Shown here: in pieces, positions 52,062-62,153 of the stretch
Layout: every line of letters starts with the position of its first letter
Numbering within the stretch: the stretch's first letter is position 1
Origin: Nitrospinales bacterium
Lineage (GTDB): Bacteria > Nitrospinota > Nitrospinia > Nitrospinales > VA-1
Length of the DNA: 64,000 nt
Assembly (NCBI GenBank): GCA_965223795.1
Contig: CBDCXL010000002.1
Span: forward strand, 800,001 to 864,000
Direction: 5' to 3'
Position numbers and translations under genes: made by a program
Notes under the pieces: model-generated
What the model was told of the DNA's origin: nothing
What the model saw: the letters and a program-made list of their open reading frames with translations, nothing else
The model's database searches: none

Positions 52062-53084
52062 TTGAAATATTTAATTACAGGTGGAGCCGGATTTACCGGG
52101 CTGAACTTTGCCGATATTCTTTTATCTCGTGGAGATGAAGTCATTATTTTTGATAATTTTTCTCGAGCGGGAACATTAGAGAACATCCGTTGGCTCACCG
52201 AAAACCATGCGAATGCTCAAGTGATTCAAGGAGACATTCGAATAGACACAGAAAAGCTATGTGAAGCCGTTTCTGAAGTGGATTATGTCTATCATCTTGC
52301 TGCACAAGTTGCCGTTACCACATCCGTGGTAGATCCAAAATCTGACTTCGAAATTAATGCACTTGGAACTTTCAATGTACTGGAAGCTGTCCGGAAATCC
52401 AGCAACCAACCCGCGTTCATTTATGCTTCAACCAATAAGGTTTATGGAGGGATGGAGGGGCTGGGCATCATAGAGGAAAACGGTCGCTACGCATACGAAG
52501 ACCTTCCTGATGGAATCAGTGAATCCATGCCCCTCGATTTTCATTCTCCCTATGGTTGCAGCAAAGGGGCAGGCGATCAATACACTAGAGACTATGCCCG
52601 GATTTACAACCTCCGAACTGCTGTGATGCGCCAGTCCTGCATCTACGGACAGCACCAATTGGGAATCGAAGATCAGGGATGGGTGGCTTGGTTTACAATA
52701 GCTGCCGTTCTAGGAAAAAAAATTACTATATATGGCGATGGGAAGCAAGTGCGCGATGTTCTATTTATCAAAGACTTATTTAATGTTTGGGATTTGGTCG
52801 CAAAAAACCTCCAACCAGGTAAAAGCAAGATTTTCAACATCGGCGGTGGCGCTACCTTTAATTTATCTCTTCTGGAATTGATCGATCACTTAAAAATATT
52901 AAATTGCAATAAAGTGGATTATTCCTTCTCTGAGTGGCGTCCTGGAGACCAAAGGGTGTATGTTTCCGATATTGCCAAGGCTCAAAATGAATTGGATTGG
53001 TCTCCAGAAGTTTGCCCCAAGAAGGGCGTCGAGATTCTATACGAGTGGGTCAGCGATAATCGAAGTGTCTTTAAATATATCTAA
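52062..53084 (+). CDS. NAD-dependent epimerase, CDP-paratose 2-epimerase (RfbE)-like
   Basis: HLAAQVAVTTS, STNKVYG, HSPYGCSKGAGDQY, DQGWVAWF, WRPGDQ. Confidence 0.85.
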   Translation: MKYLITGGAGFTGLNFADILLSRGDEVIIFDNFSRAGTLENIRWLTENHANAQVIQGDIRIDTEKLCEAVSEVDYVYHLAAQVAVTTSVVDPKSDFEINALGTFNVLEAVRKSSNQPAFIYASTNKVYGGMEGLGIIEENGRYAYEDLPDGISESMPLDFHSPYGCSKGAGDQYTRDYARIYNLRTAVMRQSCIYGQHQLGIEDQGWVAWFTIAAVLGKKITIYGDGKQVRDVLFIKDLFNVWDLVAKNLQPGKSKIFNIGGGATFNLSLLELIDHLKILNCNKVDYSFSEWRPGDQRVYVSDIAKAQNELDWSPEVCPKKGVEILYEWVSDNRSVFKYI

Positions 53085-53085
53085 T

Positions 53086-54090
53086 ATGAGAAAAGATATG
53101 AATGAACCACTTATTTCTGTATTGATCCCAACTAAAAATCGAGAAACTTCGCTCAAAAAGGCGTTGGACAGCCTCATAAAACAAACCTTCAAAAATTTCG
53201 AACTGATTGTGGTTGATGGAGGATCAACGGACAACACTAAAGATATCGTTTTTAGCTATGAAAAATACTTCCCCATACAATGGGAAGTCAAAGAGGGTGG
53301 CCTGATACCCCAGATGAATGTTGCCCACCAGATAGCTAAAGGGAAATATGTAGTCCGCACGGATGATGATGTCATTTTCACCAACGGCTGGCTCCAAGGA
53401 ATTATTGATGCCTTTGAAAATGACGATAAAATCGGTGGCGTAACCGGCCCCACCGTAATACCTGAAGAGCATGTCCAAAGCAGAGACCTCTTTTTTTATG
53501 AAAATAAATTTCGCGAAGGTGGCATTTTCTGGAAATTTATAAGTAATCTTTATTTTAATTACTTAATGGAAGGTGAGCCCTATCGAGTGAGCCATTGGTG
53601 CAAATCGGGCACTTTCACACTCGGCACTAATTTTGAATCTTCGCTGACTGAAAAGTTTCAAGAGGTCAATAATCTAGAAGCCTGCAATTGGGCTGTTAGG
53701 CGGGATCTTTTAATTGAAGTGGGGGGTTTTGATTCCATATACACTGGGATCGGAGAGTACCATGAGCCTGATGCCGCATTTAAAATTAAAAAATTAGGAT
53801 ACAAATTAGTCTTCAACCCCAAAGCTCATTTATTTCATTGCCCCTCTAAAGAAGGGTTTTATAAGGATCGCCCTGACAGTTATCCTAGAATCATCAATTT
53901 CATTACTTTTTATTTTCGCCATATAAAGCCCAACACCATTGACAAATCAATCCGTTTCTTTCTTTATCTTTGTTTCCAAAATGCATTTTACGTTTTTCAA
54001 TTTTTCAACAAGAGACAACTTAATCTTTTAGGAGCCGTACCAGGGACCTTTGTTGGATTGTTCAATGTTGTTACTGGCTTAAGAAAATAA
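53086..54090 (+). CDS. GT2 family glycosyltransferase
   Basis: ISVLIPTKNR, VVDGGSTD, RTDDD. The start is 53086 or 53098. Confidence 0.88.
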   Translation: MRKDMNEPLISVLIPTKNRETSLKKALDSLIKQTFKNFELIVVDGGSTDNTKDIVFSYEKYFPIQWEVKEGGLIPQMNVAHQIAKGKYVVRTDDDVIFTNGWLQGIIDAFENDDKIGGVTGPTVIPEEHVQSRDLFFYENKFREGGIFWKFISNLYFNYLMEGEPYRVSHWCKSGTFTLGTNFESSLTEKFQEVNNLEACNWAVRRDLLIEVGGFDSIYTGIGEYHEPDAAFKIKKLGYKLVFNPKAHLFHCPSKEGFYKDRPDSYPRIINFITFYFRHIKPNTIDKSIRFFLYLCFQNAFYVFQFFNKRQLNLLGAVPGTFVGLFNVVTGLRK

Positions 54091-54186
54091 TAAAAAATTC
54101 TTATTCGTAAAATATCATCCAGTGCAATTCGTCCCCCCACTTATATTAGATTCATTCATGATTGGTTCTTTCTGAACTGTGTTTTT

Positions 54187-54915
54187 ATGGATAAATTTCA
54201 AAAACAACTTCACTATGGAAACATGTTCGAGGAAGACCAATATGTTCAGAAGCGCATTGAGCAGTATTGCAACTATATGATCCCTCATATCAAGGAAGGG
54301 TCCACCATACTTGACGTTGGCGGTTACATGGGCGACACACTGTATCTGCTTTCGAAAAACTGCGAAAAGCAGTTTGAATATAATTTGGTAGACTTTGATG
54401 ACAAGGCTTTGGAGATTGCACGGCAACGTGGAGCAAGGACATATAAAACACACCTTGATACCGAGTCCTTTGACAAACATTTTTCGCAGATGAAGTTCGA
54501 CATCATTTTATGTACAGAGGTCCTTGAACACACCCTCGACCCCCACAAACACATTAGACTGATCAAAGATTTGTTAAAAGATGATGGGCTTTGTATTATT
54601 TCTTTACCGAACGAAAACAGTATATTCCATCGTCTGATGAGTGTTATCGGGAAGGGAGTGGATCAGTGTGCTTTTGAACTGTATAAGCATCTTCATCTTC
54701 CGACGATAAATCAAAGCAGGGATTTCGTTTCGGAGTATTTCAAGATCAAAGAAATCACCTATTATATCAATCCCTCTTTAAAAGGCTCACGTGCTTCCTG
54801 GCTGGGAAGTGCGCTGACCTTATTTCCCGACTCTTTTTGGTATTTTTTATCAAACTCAATGCCCGGTTTGTTTGCACGTGGAGTCGTGTTTAAGTTGGAA
54901 AAGAGTTTAAATTAA
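54187..54915 (+). CDS. class I SAM-dependent methyltransferase
   Basis: ILDVGG, FDIILCTEVLEH, ISLPN. Confidence 0.88.
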   Translation: MDKFQKQLHYGNMFEEDQYVQKRIEQYCNYMIPHIKEGSTILDVGGYMGDTLYLLSKNCEKQFEYNLVDFDDKALEIARQRGARTYKTHLDTESFDKHFSQMKFDIILCTEVLEHTLDPHKHIRLIKDLLKDDGLCIISLPNENSIFHRLMSVIGKGVDQCAFELYKHLHLPTINQSRDFVSEYFKIKEITYYINPSLKGSRASWLGSALTLFPDSFWYFLSNSMPGLFARGVVFKLEKSLN

Positions 54916-55252
54916 TACACTGAATTTATTGATGATCTGATATGCTCGTCACGAAACTGGGATTCCCAGACGAAGGTTTTTATTTAAACACCTGATTTAT
55001 TTACAACAAGTTTGAATTTTCGATATTCTCCAAGCCCATAACCTTATCAGGTGTTCGATAATGAGAAATATTTTTTAAAGAAATCATGACTTGTTATCGG
55101 CATTGGGATATTATAAAACTTGATTTTTCAAATTGTTCAAAAAGAAGTTATTTAGTGAATTCTCTCATAAATACGAGTCTCTAAATATTCATGATTCAGA
55201 AACTTTTAGATATTAAATTTCGAATACTATTAAGTTTATCGGGAGGAGTCCA

Positions 55253-56728
55253 ATGAGGGTATTGTTGTGCAATCCGAAAGAGAAAAGTATGTTCGGGGAT
55301 GACATTGACCTCCCCGATGGCATAGGTGGTTCTTCTGGACATCCCAATCTTGGCCTTGCTGCACTATCTTCATATCTTAAACAAAAAGGCATCCAGATCC
55401 GTGTATATGATCATCAAATAGAAAACAGCCAAAATAAGTTAAATCAGATAATTACAGAATTTCAACCTGATGTGATCGGTCTCACTTCGTTTAGTTACTC
55501 ATATATTCATGCTATAGATTTGGTTGACATAATAAAAACCATGACAAAAGCTCCTGTTATATTAGGAGGCCCTCATGTTTCTGCAACTAAAGCAGAAGTT
55601 TTTGAAAATTCAAAAGTAGATTTTGCTGTTAAAGGAGAGGGAGAAATTACTTTTGAAGAATTTTTGCATGAAATACAGAAACCGGAACCCAACTATTCCG
55701 AAATTCAAGGCCTGCTATGGCGTAATGAAAATGGTGAAGTTATAGAAAATTGCAGCAGACCGTTTATTTATGACCTGGACCCTTTCCCCTACCCAGATTT
55801 CGAAGCTTTTCCGCTGAAGAAATACGCCTGTTTTCAGACCCGAACACTTCCAATAATTAGTTCCAGAGGTTGCCCCTATGCTTGCACCTTCTGTTCTGTG
55901 GTTCTGACTCAAGGACGAAACTTTAGAAAAAGAACCCCGAAAAATTTTGTGGATGAACTCGAATACTGGAACAATAAAGGATGGGAACGCTTCGAAATTG
56001 ACGACGATTGTTATTCATGTGACATGAAGCGCTGTATAAAAATTTCCAAGGAAATACTAAATCGCGGGCTAAAGGTTAAATACGACATCTATAATGGAAT
56101 TCGTGTTGACCGGGTTTCTCCTGAGATGCTCTCAGCCCTAAGAAAATCCGGTTGTTCATTAGTTTCATTTGGTTTGGAATCCGCGAACCTTCAAATACTC
56201 AAAAATATTAAAAAGGATTTAAAGAGCCTCGATCAGGTTACGGATGCTGTAAAATGGGCAAGAGATGCGGGTTTAAAAACTTCTGTAAACTTTATTATTG
56301 GACACCAAGGAGAAACCATAGAAACAGCCAGAGAGTCTCTACGTTTTGGTGATAAGCTAGATGCTGATTTTGTGAATTTTTATAATTTAGTCCCCTACCC
56401 AGGCACTGAAACTTACGAATGGGTTAAAAAGAATGCAAGAATGCTTGTTCCAGAGGAGGATTATTTACGGCATATATCTTACAGAGACAATGAACCCATA
56501 TTTGAGACGGATGATTTTTCTGCAGAAGAAAGGAGGCAGATCATCAGGGAAGGTTTTAAACTATATGAAAAAAAAGTATTAAAATTTAGATTGGGGAAAA
56601 TATTAGGTATGTTGGCTTATTTTCCTTTACGTTTTAAACCTTTGGGGAATTGGCTGAAAAAAGCCGTAAATCAACAGGGAGTGGTGCGAAGATCTTTTAT
56701 TTATCTTTCTCAAAGTTCAAGGCAGTAA
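55253..56728 (+). CDS. B12-binding domain radical SAM protein
   Basis: NLGLAALSSYL, PDVIGLT, GGPHVS, GEGE, SRGCPYACTFC. GGAGGAG SD. Confidence 0.93.
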   Translation: MRVLLCNPKEKSMFGDDIDLPDGIGGSSGHPNLGLAALSSYLKQKGIQIRVYDHQIENSQNKLNQIITEFQPDVIGLTSFSYSYIHAIDLVDIIKTMTKAPVILGGPHVSATKAEVFENSKVDFAVKGEGEITFEEFLHEIQKPEPNYSEIQGLLWRNENGEVIENCSRPFIYDLDPFPYPDFEAFPLKKYACFQTRTLPIISSRGCPYACTFCSVVLTQGRNFRKRTPKNFVDELEYWNNKGWERFEIDDDCYSCDMKRCIKISKEILNRGLKVKYDIYNGIRVDRVSPEMLSALRKSGCSLVSFGLESANLQILKNIKKDLKSLDQVTDAVKWARDAGLKTSVNFIIGHQGETIETARESLRFGDKLDADFVNFYNLVPYPGTETYEWVKKNARMLVPEEDYLRHISYRDNEPIFETDDFSAEERRQIIREGFKLYEKKVLKFRLGKILGMLAYFPLRFKPLGNWLKKAVNQQGVVRRSFIYLSQSSRQ

Positions 56729-56775
56729 ATTAAAATATCAATAGCAGAAAAAATATCTTTCCTAATTGTGTAAAG

Positions 56776-57819
56776 TGTGTGATTCATAGACATTGTTTCA
56801 GGTTAAATTTGTTTAAAACCTGTTCGGAGTAGGATGTTTATGAATGCAGAAGTGAGGAAGCGATTAGGCTGGATTTGAGTTTACGAGGGCAATGGAAGTT
56901 TCGGGATGACCTGCCTACGTTGCGGTATTTCCCGTCCTACGCTGAGGAAGTGGTGGCGGAGGTACGAATCCGATGGAGTAGAAGGTCTAAGGTCTCGCAG
57001 CCGCCGTCCTCGGAAGACGCCCTTTCAAAAAGTATTTGCCTCTCAAACCAAGAAGATACACCGTTTACGCCGGAGAAACTTTGGAGCCAGGCGTATCCAG
57101 TCCGAACTGATCCGCCATTATGAGCTTCGTCTCTCTTTGGCCACCATTCACAAGACTCTGAAACGTCTAAGAGTCGGCCTATTGGTTCGCCTGAAGCGAA
57201 AACGCAGAGGGATGAAACGGTATTCCCGCCCCATTCCAGGGAATCGGGTGCAGATGGACACCTGCAAAATCGGCAAAGGTTTTTATCAATACACCGCTGT
57301 TGACGATTGCACCCGCTACAAAGTGGTCGCCCTGTTTCCCAAACGGACAGCGGCCAATACCCTCAATTTTCTGGAGCAGGTGATGGAGGAAATGCCTTTC
57401 CCCATTCAGCGGATTCAAACAGACCGGGGAGGAGAGTTTTTCGCTCATAAAGTACATGAACGAATGATGGAATGGGGCATCAAGTTTCGGCCTGTCCGGC
57501 CCGGTTCGCCTCATTTGAACGGCAAGGTGGAGAGGGCGCAGAAGACGGACCTGGATGAATTTTACACCTCGGTGAGTTTAAAAGCTCCCGATCTGGAGGA
57601 CCAACTCGCTCACTGGCAGCATTACCACAATTGGCAAAGACCTCATGGTGGTTTAAATGGGAAAACTCCGATGGATCGTTATTTCGAATTACTATCCAAA
57701 ACCCCTCTTTCTGATGAGGTCTATTCTAAATTCGATCCGACAAAAGAACGTTTTCGTTCACAAAACTATCAGGAAGATTTAAAATTGCAAAAGTTGAAAC
57801 GATCTCCGTGAATCGCACA
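56776..57819 (+). mobile_element. IS481-family insertion sequence (1044 bp)
   Basis: 25-bp terminal IRs (TGTGTGATTCATAGACATTGTTTCA versus revcomp TGTGCGATTCACGGAGATCGTTTCA, 20/25) with TGT..ACA ends. Flanking TGTAAAG direct repeats at 56769-56775 and 57820-57826. Confidence 0.93.
56840..57811 (+). pseudogene. IS481-family DDE transposase with in-frame TGA at codon 13
   Basis: MNAEVRKRLGWI*VYEGNGSFGMTCLRCGISRPTLRKW...; VQMD, IQTDRGGEF, NGKVER. Stop at 56876-56878. Confidence 0.85.
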
Positions 57820-58058
57820 TGTAAAGCTATAACTTCACTTCTTCCCAAACAAATTATATCCATTCCTCCTATATTCTCACCTTTTTACTCAATCCTTATA
57901 TACGGGGATGCATTCCGCCTAGTTAGATATTATTTCCCCTACTTTCCACCCTTTATTTCCGCAAATAAAAGCAATTAAACTATAATTTAAGTTAATATTT
58001 CCAGTTAGAATCATTACCACTAAGAATTGTCGTTGTTTAAATTTCCAGTTCCCAAGAA

Positions 58059-60533
58059 ATGAAACTGCTAGTTAAATTAGTAGTATTTGTATTGATTTTT
58101 TATTGCGCAAATAGGTTTTGGTATTTAAAAAGTGACATCATCATCGGCCACAATTGGGATTTCACTTTTCCAGGAACGGAATTTTATGCAAAACGAGTTG
58201 GTGATTTAAGCAATTACACATGGAACGACTTTAAAGGCAAGTCAATATTTTTACAATCACACTTAGTTCAAAATAATTTTTTTTCCCTACTAAGTGATTT
58301 TTTTGGGGTCTCCTGGGCGATCAAAATACTATTTTTGTTTGTTGTATTTGCAGCATTAGTAAATATGCAAATATTACTGAGCTGGCTAACAAACATAAAT
58401 AACATCTATTCCTATTTGCTTAGCTTCACTTACGCATTTTCCCCATATTTTTTTAATATAGTAATAGCTGGAAGCTGGTATGGTTGGCTTTCTTACGCCT
58501 TTGCTCCTCTGTATTTTTATGCTTTTAGTCGAAGTGTATTGGAAAATAAAACATTTCCAATTTTCATTCTCATCATTTCAACTATCTTTCATTTAGGATT
58601 CGTTCAATATTTTTCTGTAATCAATTTAATTCTACTTTTTTATTTATTTTTTTGCGTTTATTTAAAAAGAGTTTCTTGGAAACGATTTATTTTTAAATAT
58701 TCTGCCCTAACACTTTTTATAGTTCTCTTGAATACTTATTGGCTTTATCCTTTCGCCACCAATATATTTGAATTTAACAAGGAAATTGTTAGCAACCAAG
58801 CACTTGTGGGAAATTTTCAAGCAGCACAAAATTCCCACCAATCTATATTGAATATTTTTTCCTTAACTGGATTTCTAGACAGAAATTTATACTTTCATTC
58901 GCTCTCATTTATCTCAAAAGCCGTCTTCCTTTTTTCAATTTCTTGCGTTTGGGGATTGATCGTATTTTCTCTCCTTAAAGAATACAGCTTCATTCAAATT
59001 GAATTGTATTTCTTTCTTTTTATCTTTCTGAGCTTCATTCTTCTTGTGAAAGGAGGGAATCCCCCATTCGGAGAATTTACCATGTGGATTTACAAAAATT
59101 TCGTATTTATGAAAATGTTTCGCAGTCCCCAAAACCTTTTCATTGCCATTGCATTTCTATTTCCTGTTCTATTGGCGTATGCGTTCAATCTCGTTTTTCA
59201 AAATACAAATCCAAGTAATATTATTTTAATTTCGGCACTGATAGCGGGACTTTTGATTGGATGGTTACAAAAAGGAGATATTGGTCATTCTGTATTAAAA
59301 GATAAAAAACGAGACCATATAGATTTTTACAGACTAGATCCTGAGATAATCAAGATTCATCAAAATAACGACAAGAAAGAATTAGTCCACAAAGAATATT
59401 TTATTCCAAACACTCAATCCCCCAAATATATTTCCAACATATATCAAAATATGGGACAGGGGATGATTCCTGAGTTGTTGTATCAAAATAATTCAACGGT
59501 ATTGACTGAAAATATCAATAACAACATAAACCTGCGTTTTCAAAATACTATCCCCAGCGATTTTATTTCCTCAAACAATATCAGATATATAACTTATCGT
59601 ACCGACATCAAACATCATTTCTGGAAACCTCCCCCAGATTACTATATTCGGGTAAAAAACAATCTTGACGTAAAATTAAAAAAGACTTTCGCCGGTAATC
59701 GGCATTTCACTTATATTATTTCAGATGACTTGTTCTCTCCAATTTTTAGCATTTGCAAATCGATAACCTTCAATCAAAACTCGACTCATAATTTTATTGA
59801 CTCTGAAGATGACATTCATTCTTGTCAGATTCCATCAGATAAGAAATATGCATCATTATTATCTAACAAAATTATAGATACAAATCATACCAAGATTATA
59901 GAATACAAAAAAATATCACCCGTTAAATACAAATTACTTTTAAGAAATCTTAATTTTAAGGATATTATTTATCTTAAATTTTCGCAGGAGTACGATAAGT
60001 TTTGGAAATTGTATTTCGATAAAGATCAGGCACTAATTGATAACTCCTGCTCACGCATAATAACTGATAATGAATACACCGTTTCCCAATTAAATGCTTT
60101 AGATCAGGCAACTTTAAATGAAGTAAATTTCATGAGATCTAAGTTCTGCCTACCATATATAAACAACAAAGGCCCTGTCTCTTTTATTTCTAAAAACTTT
60201 AGTAACTCAATACAAAATAACAATCTAATAGGCACGCCGTCTTTTAATTTCCTTTTCACAAATCATCATTCAGACAAATTTCATTTCCCGATCTTAAATA
60301 CACCTCACAACTTAAATGGATGGTTGATCGATGTTGACCTAATTCAATCAGAATATCCCGGAGCATTGACAAAAAATAAGAACGGCCAATATGATTTATC
60401 TTTGACGGTCATGTTTGATTTGCAAATCAAATTCTATATTGGTTTATTTATCAGCTTGTTGGCAATTACTTTTTCTACAATTTGGTTGTGCCTTAAAAAT
60501 TACAACTCAAATTTATTACCCACTAAGGAATAG
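58059..60533 (+). CDS. large multi-TM membrane protein, probable GT-C fold glycosyltransferase (AftD/YfhO-like)
   Basis: GHNWDF near the N-terminus, many TM helices, MFRSPQ, a periplasmic domain, NGWLID, terminal TM. Confidence 0.65.
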   Translation: MKLLVKLVVFVLIFYCANRFWYLKSDIIIGHNWDFTFPGTEFYAKRVGDLSNYTWNDFKGKSIFLQSHLVQNNFFSLLSDFFGVSWAIKILFLFVVFAALVNMQILLSWLTNINNIYSYLLSFTYAFSPYFFNIVIAGSWYGWLSYAFAPLYFYAFSRSVLENKTFPIFILIISTIFHLGFVQYFSVINLILLFYLFFCVYLKRVSWKRFIFKYSALTLFIVLLNTYWLYPFATNIFEFNKEIVSNQALVGNFQAAQNSHQSILNIFSLTGFLDRNLYFHSLSFISKAVFLFSISCVWGLIVFSLLKEYSFIQIELYFFLFIFLSFILLVKGGNPPFGEFTMWIYKNFVFMKMFRSPQNLFIAIAFLFPVLLAYAFNLVFQNTNPSNIILISALIAGLLIGWLQKGDIGHSVLKDKKRDHIDFYRLDPEIIKIHQNNDKKELVHKEYFIPNTQSPKYISNIYQNMGQGMIPELLYQNNSTVLTENINNNINLRFQNTIPSDFISSNNIRYITYRTDIKHHFWKPPPDYYIRVKNNLDVKLKKTFAGNRHFTYIISDDLFSPIFSICKSITFNQNSTHNFIDSEDDIHSCQIPSDKKYASLLSNKIIDTNHTKIIEYKKISPVKYKLLLRNLNFKDIIYLKFSQEYDKFWKLYFDKDQALIDNSCSRIITDNEYTVSQLNALDQATLNEVNFMRSKFCLPYINNKGPVSFISKNFSNSIQNNNLIGTPSFNFLFTNHHSDKFHFPILNTPHNLNGWLIDVDLIQSEYPGALTKNKNGQYDLSLTVMFDLQIKFYIGLFISLLAITFSTIWLCLKNYNSNLLPTKE

Positions 60534-60539
60534 TTCAAT

Positions 60540-62102
60540 TTGAATCAGCTATCATTCAAAATTTCTAATGATAAGCTGTCTTATATAATTTTTATTTTTT
60601 TTGGATCCCTTCTGTCACTGCTATCAATTTTAAAATACAATTCTCTTCATTCCACTATTTTCGATCTGGGAGTTTTTATTTGGAATATTTCAAATTCAAT
60701 TCATGAACCCGGAAGAATATTTTTCGGGCATGCACAACCACTACTCCTAGCCTATTCCTCAATTTACAATTTACTACCTACCGGCAGCGGCCCCTATTTT
60801 CTGCTGGCTCTTCAAGCTTTTACTTTGGCCTCGCCATTACCATTGCTCTTGAGATTTTTTGGCCCCATTTCCACATTAGCTTATATTTTATACTTTGGTG
60901 TATGGTACAACTCCCTTTTTGATTTTCATTTAGACCACATTGCAATTCCATTATTATTTTTATTTTTCTTTTATCACGAAAAGGAAGACTATTTAAAAGC
61001 AACATTAATTGCAGGATCGTTGATATTCATAAAGGAACCTTTTGCCTTACAAACCGCCGCCTGCGGGATCTTTTTGATTTTCAAAAAAAGACTTTATAAT
61101 TATGGAATAGTATTAATTGTATTTGGTTTTGGATATTTTTTATTTTCAACCAATATTTTAATCCCTTATTTTTCACAAGGGATACCAGGAGGCTTAGGAT
61201 CTAGCGCTTTTTCATGGCTTGGAAATAGCATATGGGAAATGCTTATATTTATAAGCACTAACCCCATCGACATTATTTCTGAAATCTTTTCTACTCCAAA
61301 TAAAAGAAGTTATCTTTTTCATATTTTTGGAGCGGTTGGTTTTATTTGCTTATTACGCCCCAGCCCTCTAATTGTCGCACTTCCTATAATTGCCATTGCC
61401 CTTTTAGCTGAAGATAGTAATTATTCTGGTTTTAGGTTTCACTACACTGCTGGATTGATTGCCCCGCTCATAGTTTCATTTCATCAGGGATTGCCTGCCT
61501 TAAAACATTTATCTGTAAAATTAAATATTTCTTATAAAATTCTAAAAATAACTATTTTTCTAATATTACTATCTGGACATATATTTATTTCACCATCACC
61601 AATATCGACTGCTTTTTGGAATAATAAATCTTGGGGCTATAATTACAATGCCTATAATGTCACTTCCAGAGACAAACTAATAATCAAAGCAATTCATAAA
61701 CATATTCCTAATGATCGTCATATTTTGATTTCAGCACAAAATACACTCAATATTGAATGGCTTGCTAATCGTAAATATTTTACTGTTTTTCCAAAAGGTG
61801 TTTTTCAACCTGTCGATTTTCCAGCCTGGTCCGAGTTTTCCCTTGAATCTTTTATCAATTCTGTTAAAACCAACCAAAATCAGATACTCACCAATCACCC
61901 TGTTTGGGCTGATTATATAGTATTGGATTTAAAACGTCCTTGGTACCTTCTCGATAAAGGCTGTTATTGGTATGATGGAAAATGCCAAAATAATAAAAGT
62001 TTAGCTGATTTGTTCTTACAAAAAGTAGCTGAAGCAAAAAGGATTTTTACAGTAATATATCAAAAGGATGGATTTTTTATCTTGAAGCGAACAACCATAT
62101 AA
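60540..62102 (+). CDS. DUF2079-like membrane protein (putative GT-C)
   Basis: FDLGVF, GHAQP, FDFH, IKE, FHYTA motifs with many TM helices. Confidence 0.8.
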   Translation: MNQLSFKISNDKLSYIIFIFFGSLLSLLSILKYNSLHSTIFDLGVFIWNISNSIHEPGRIFFGHAQPLLLAYSSIYNLLPTGSGPYFLLALQAFTLASPLPLLLRFFGPISTLAYILYFGVWYNSLFDFHLDHIAIPLLFLFFFYHEKEDYLKATLIAGSLIFIKEPFALQTAACGIFLIFKKRLYNYGIVLIVFGFGYFLFSTNILIPYFSQGIPGGLGSSAFSWLGNSIWEMLIFISTNPIDIISEIFSTPNKRSYLFHIFGAVGFICLLRPSPLIVALPIIAIALLAEDSNYSGFRFHYTAGLIAPLIVSFHQGLPALKHLSVKLNISYKILKITIFLILLSGHIFISPSPISTAFWNNKSWGYNYNAYNVTSRDKLIIKAIHKHIPNDRHILISAQNTLNIEWLANRKYFTVFPKGVFQPVDFPAWSEFSLESFINSVKTNQNQILTNHPVWADYIVLDLKRPWYLLDKGCYWYDGKCQNNKSLADLFLQKVAEAKRIFTVIYQKDGFFILKRTTI

Positions 62103-62153
62103 AACTTCTTAATGATCAACATGTTTTTTCATCTTATTTCAATTTATACATAA

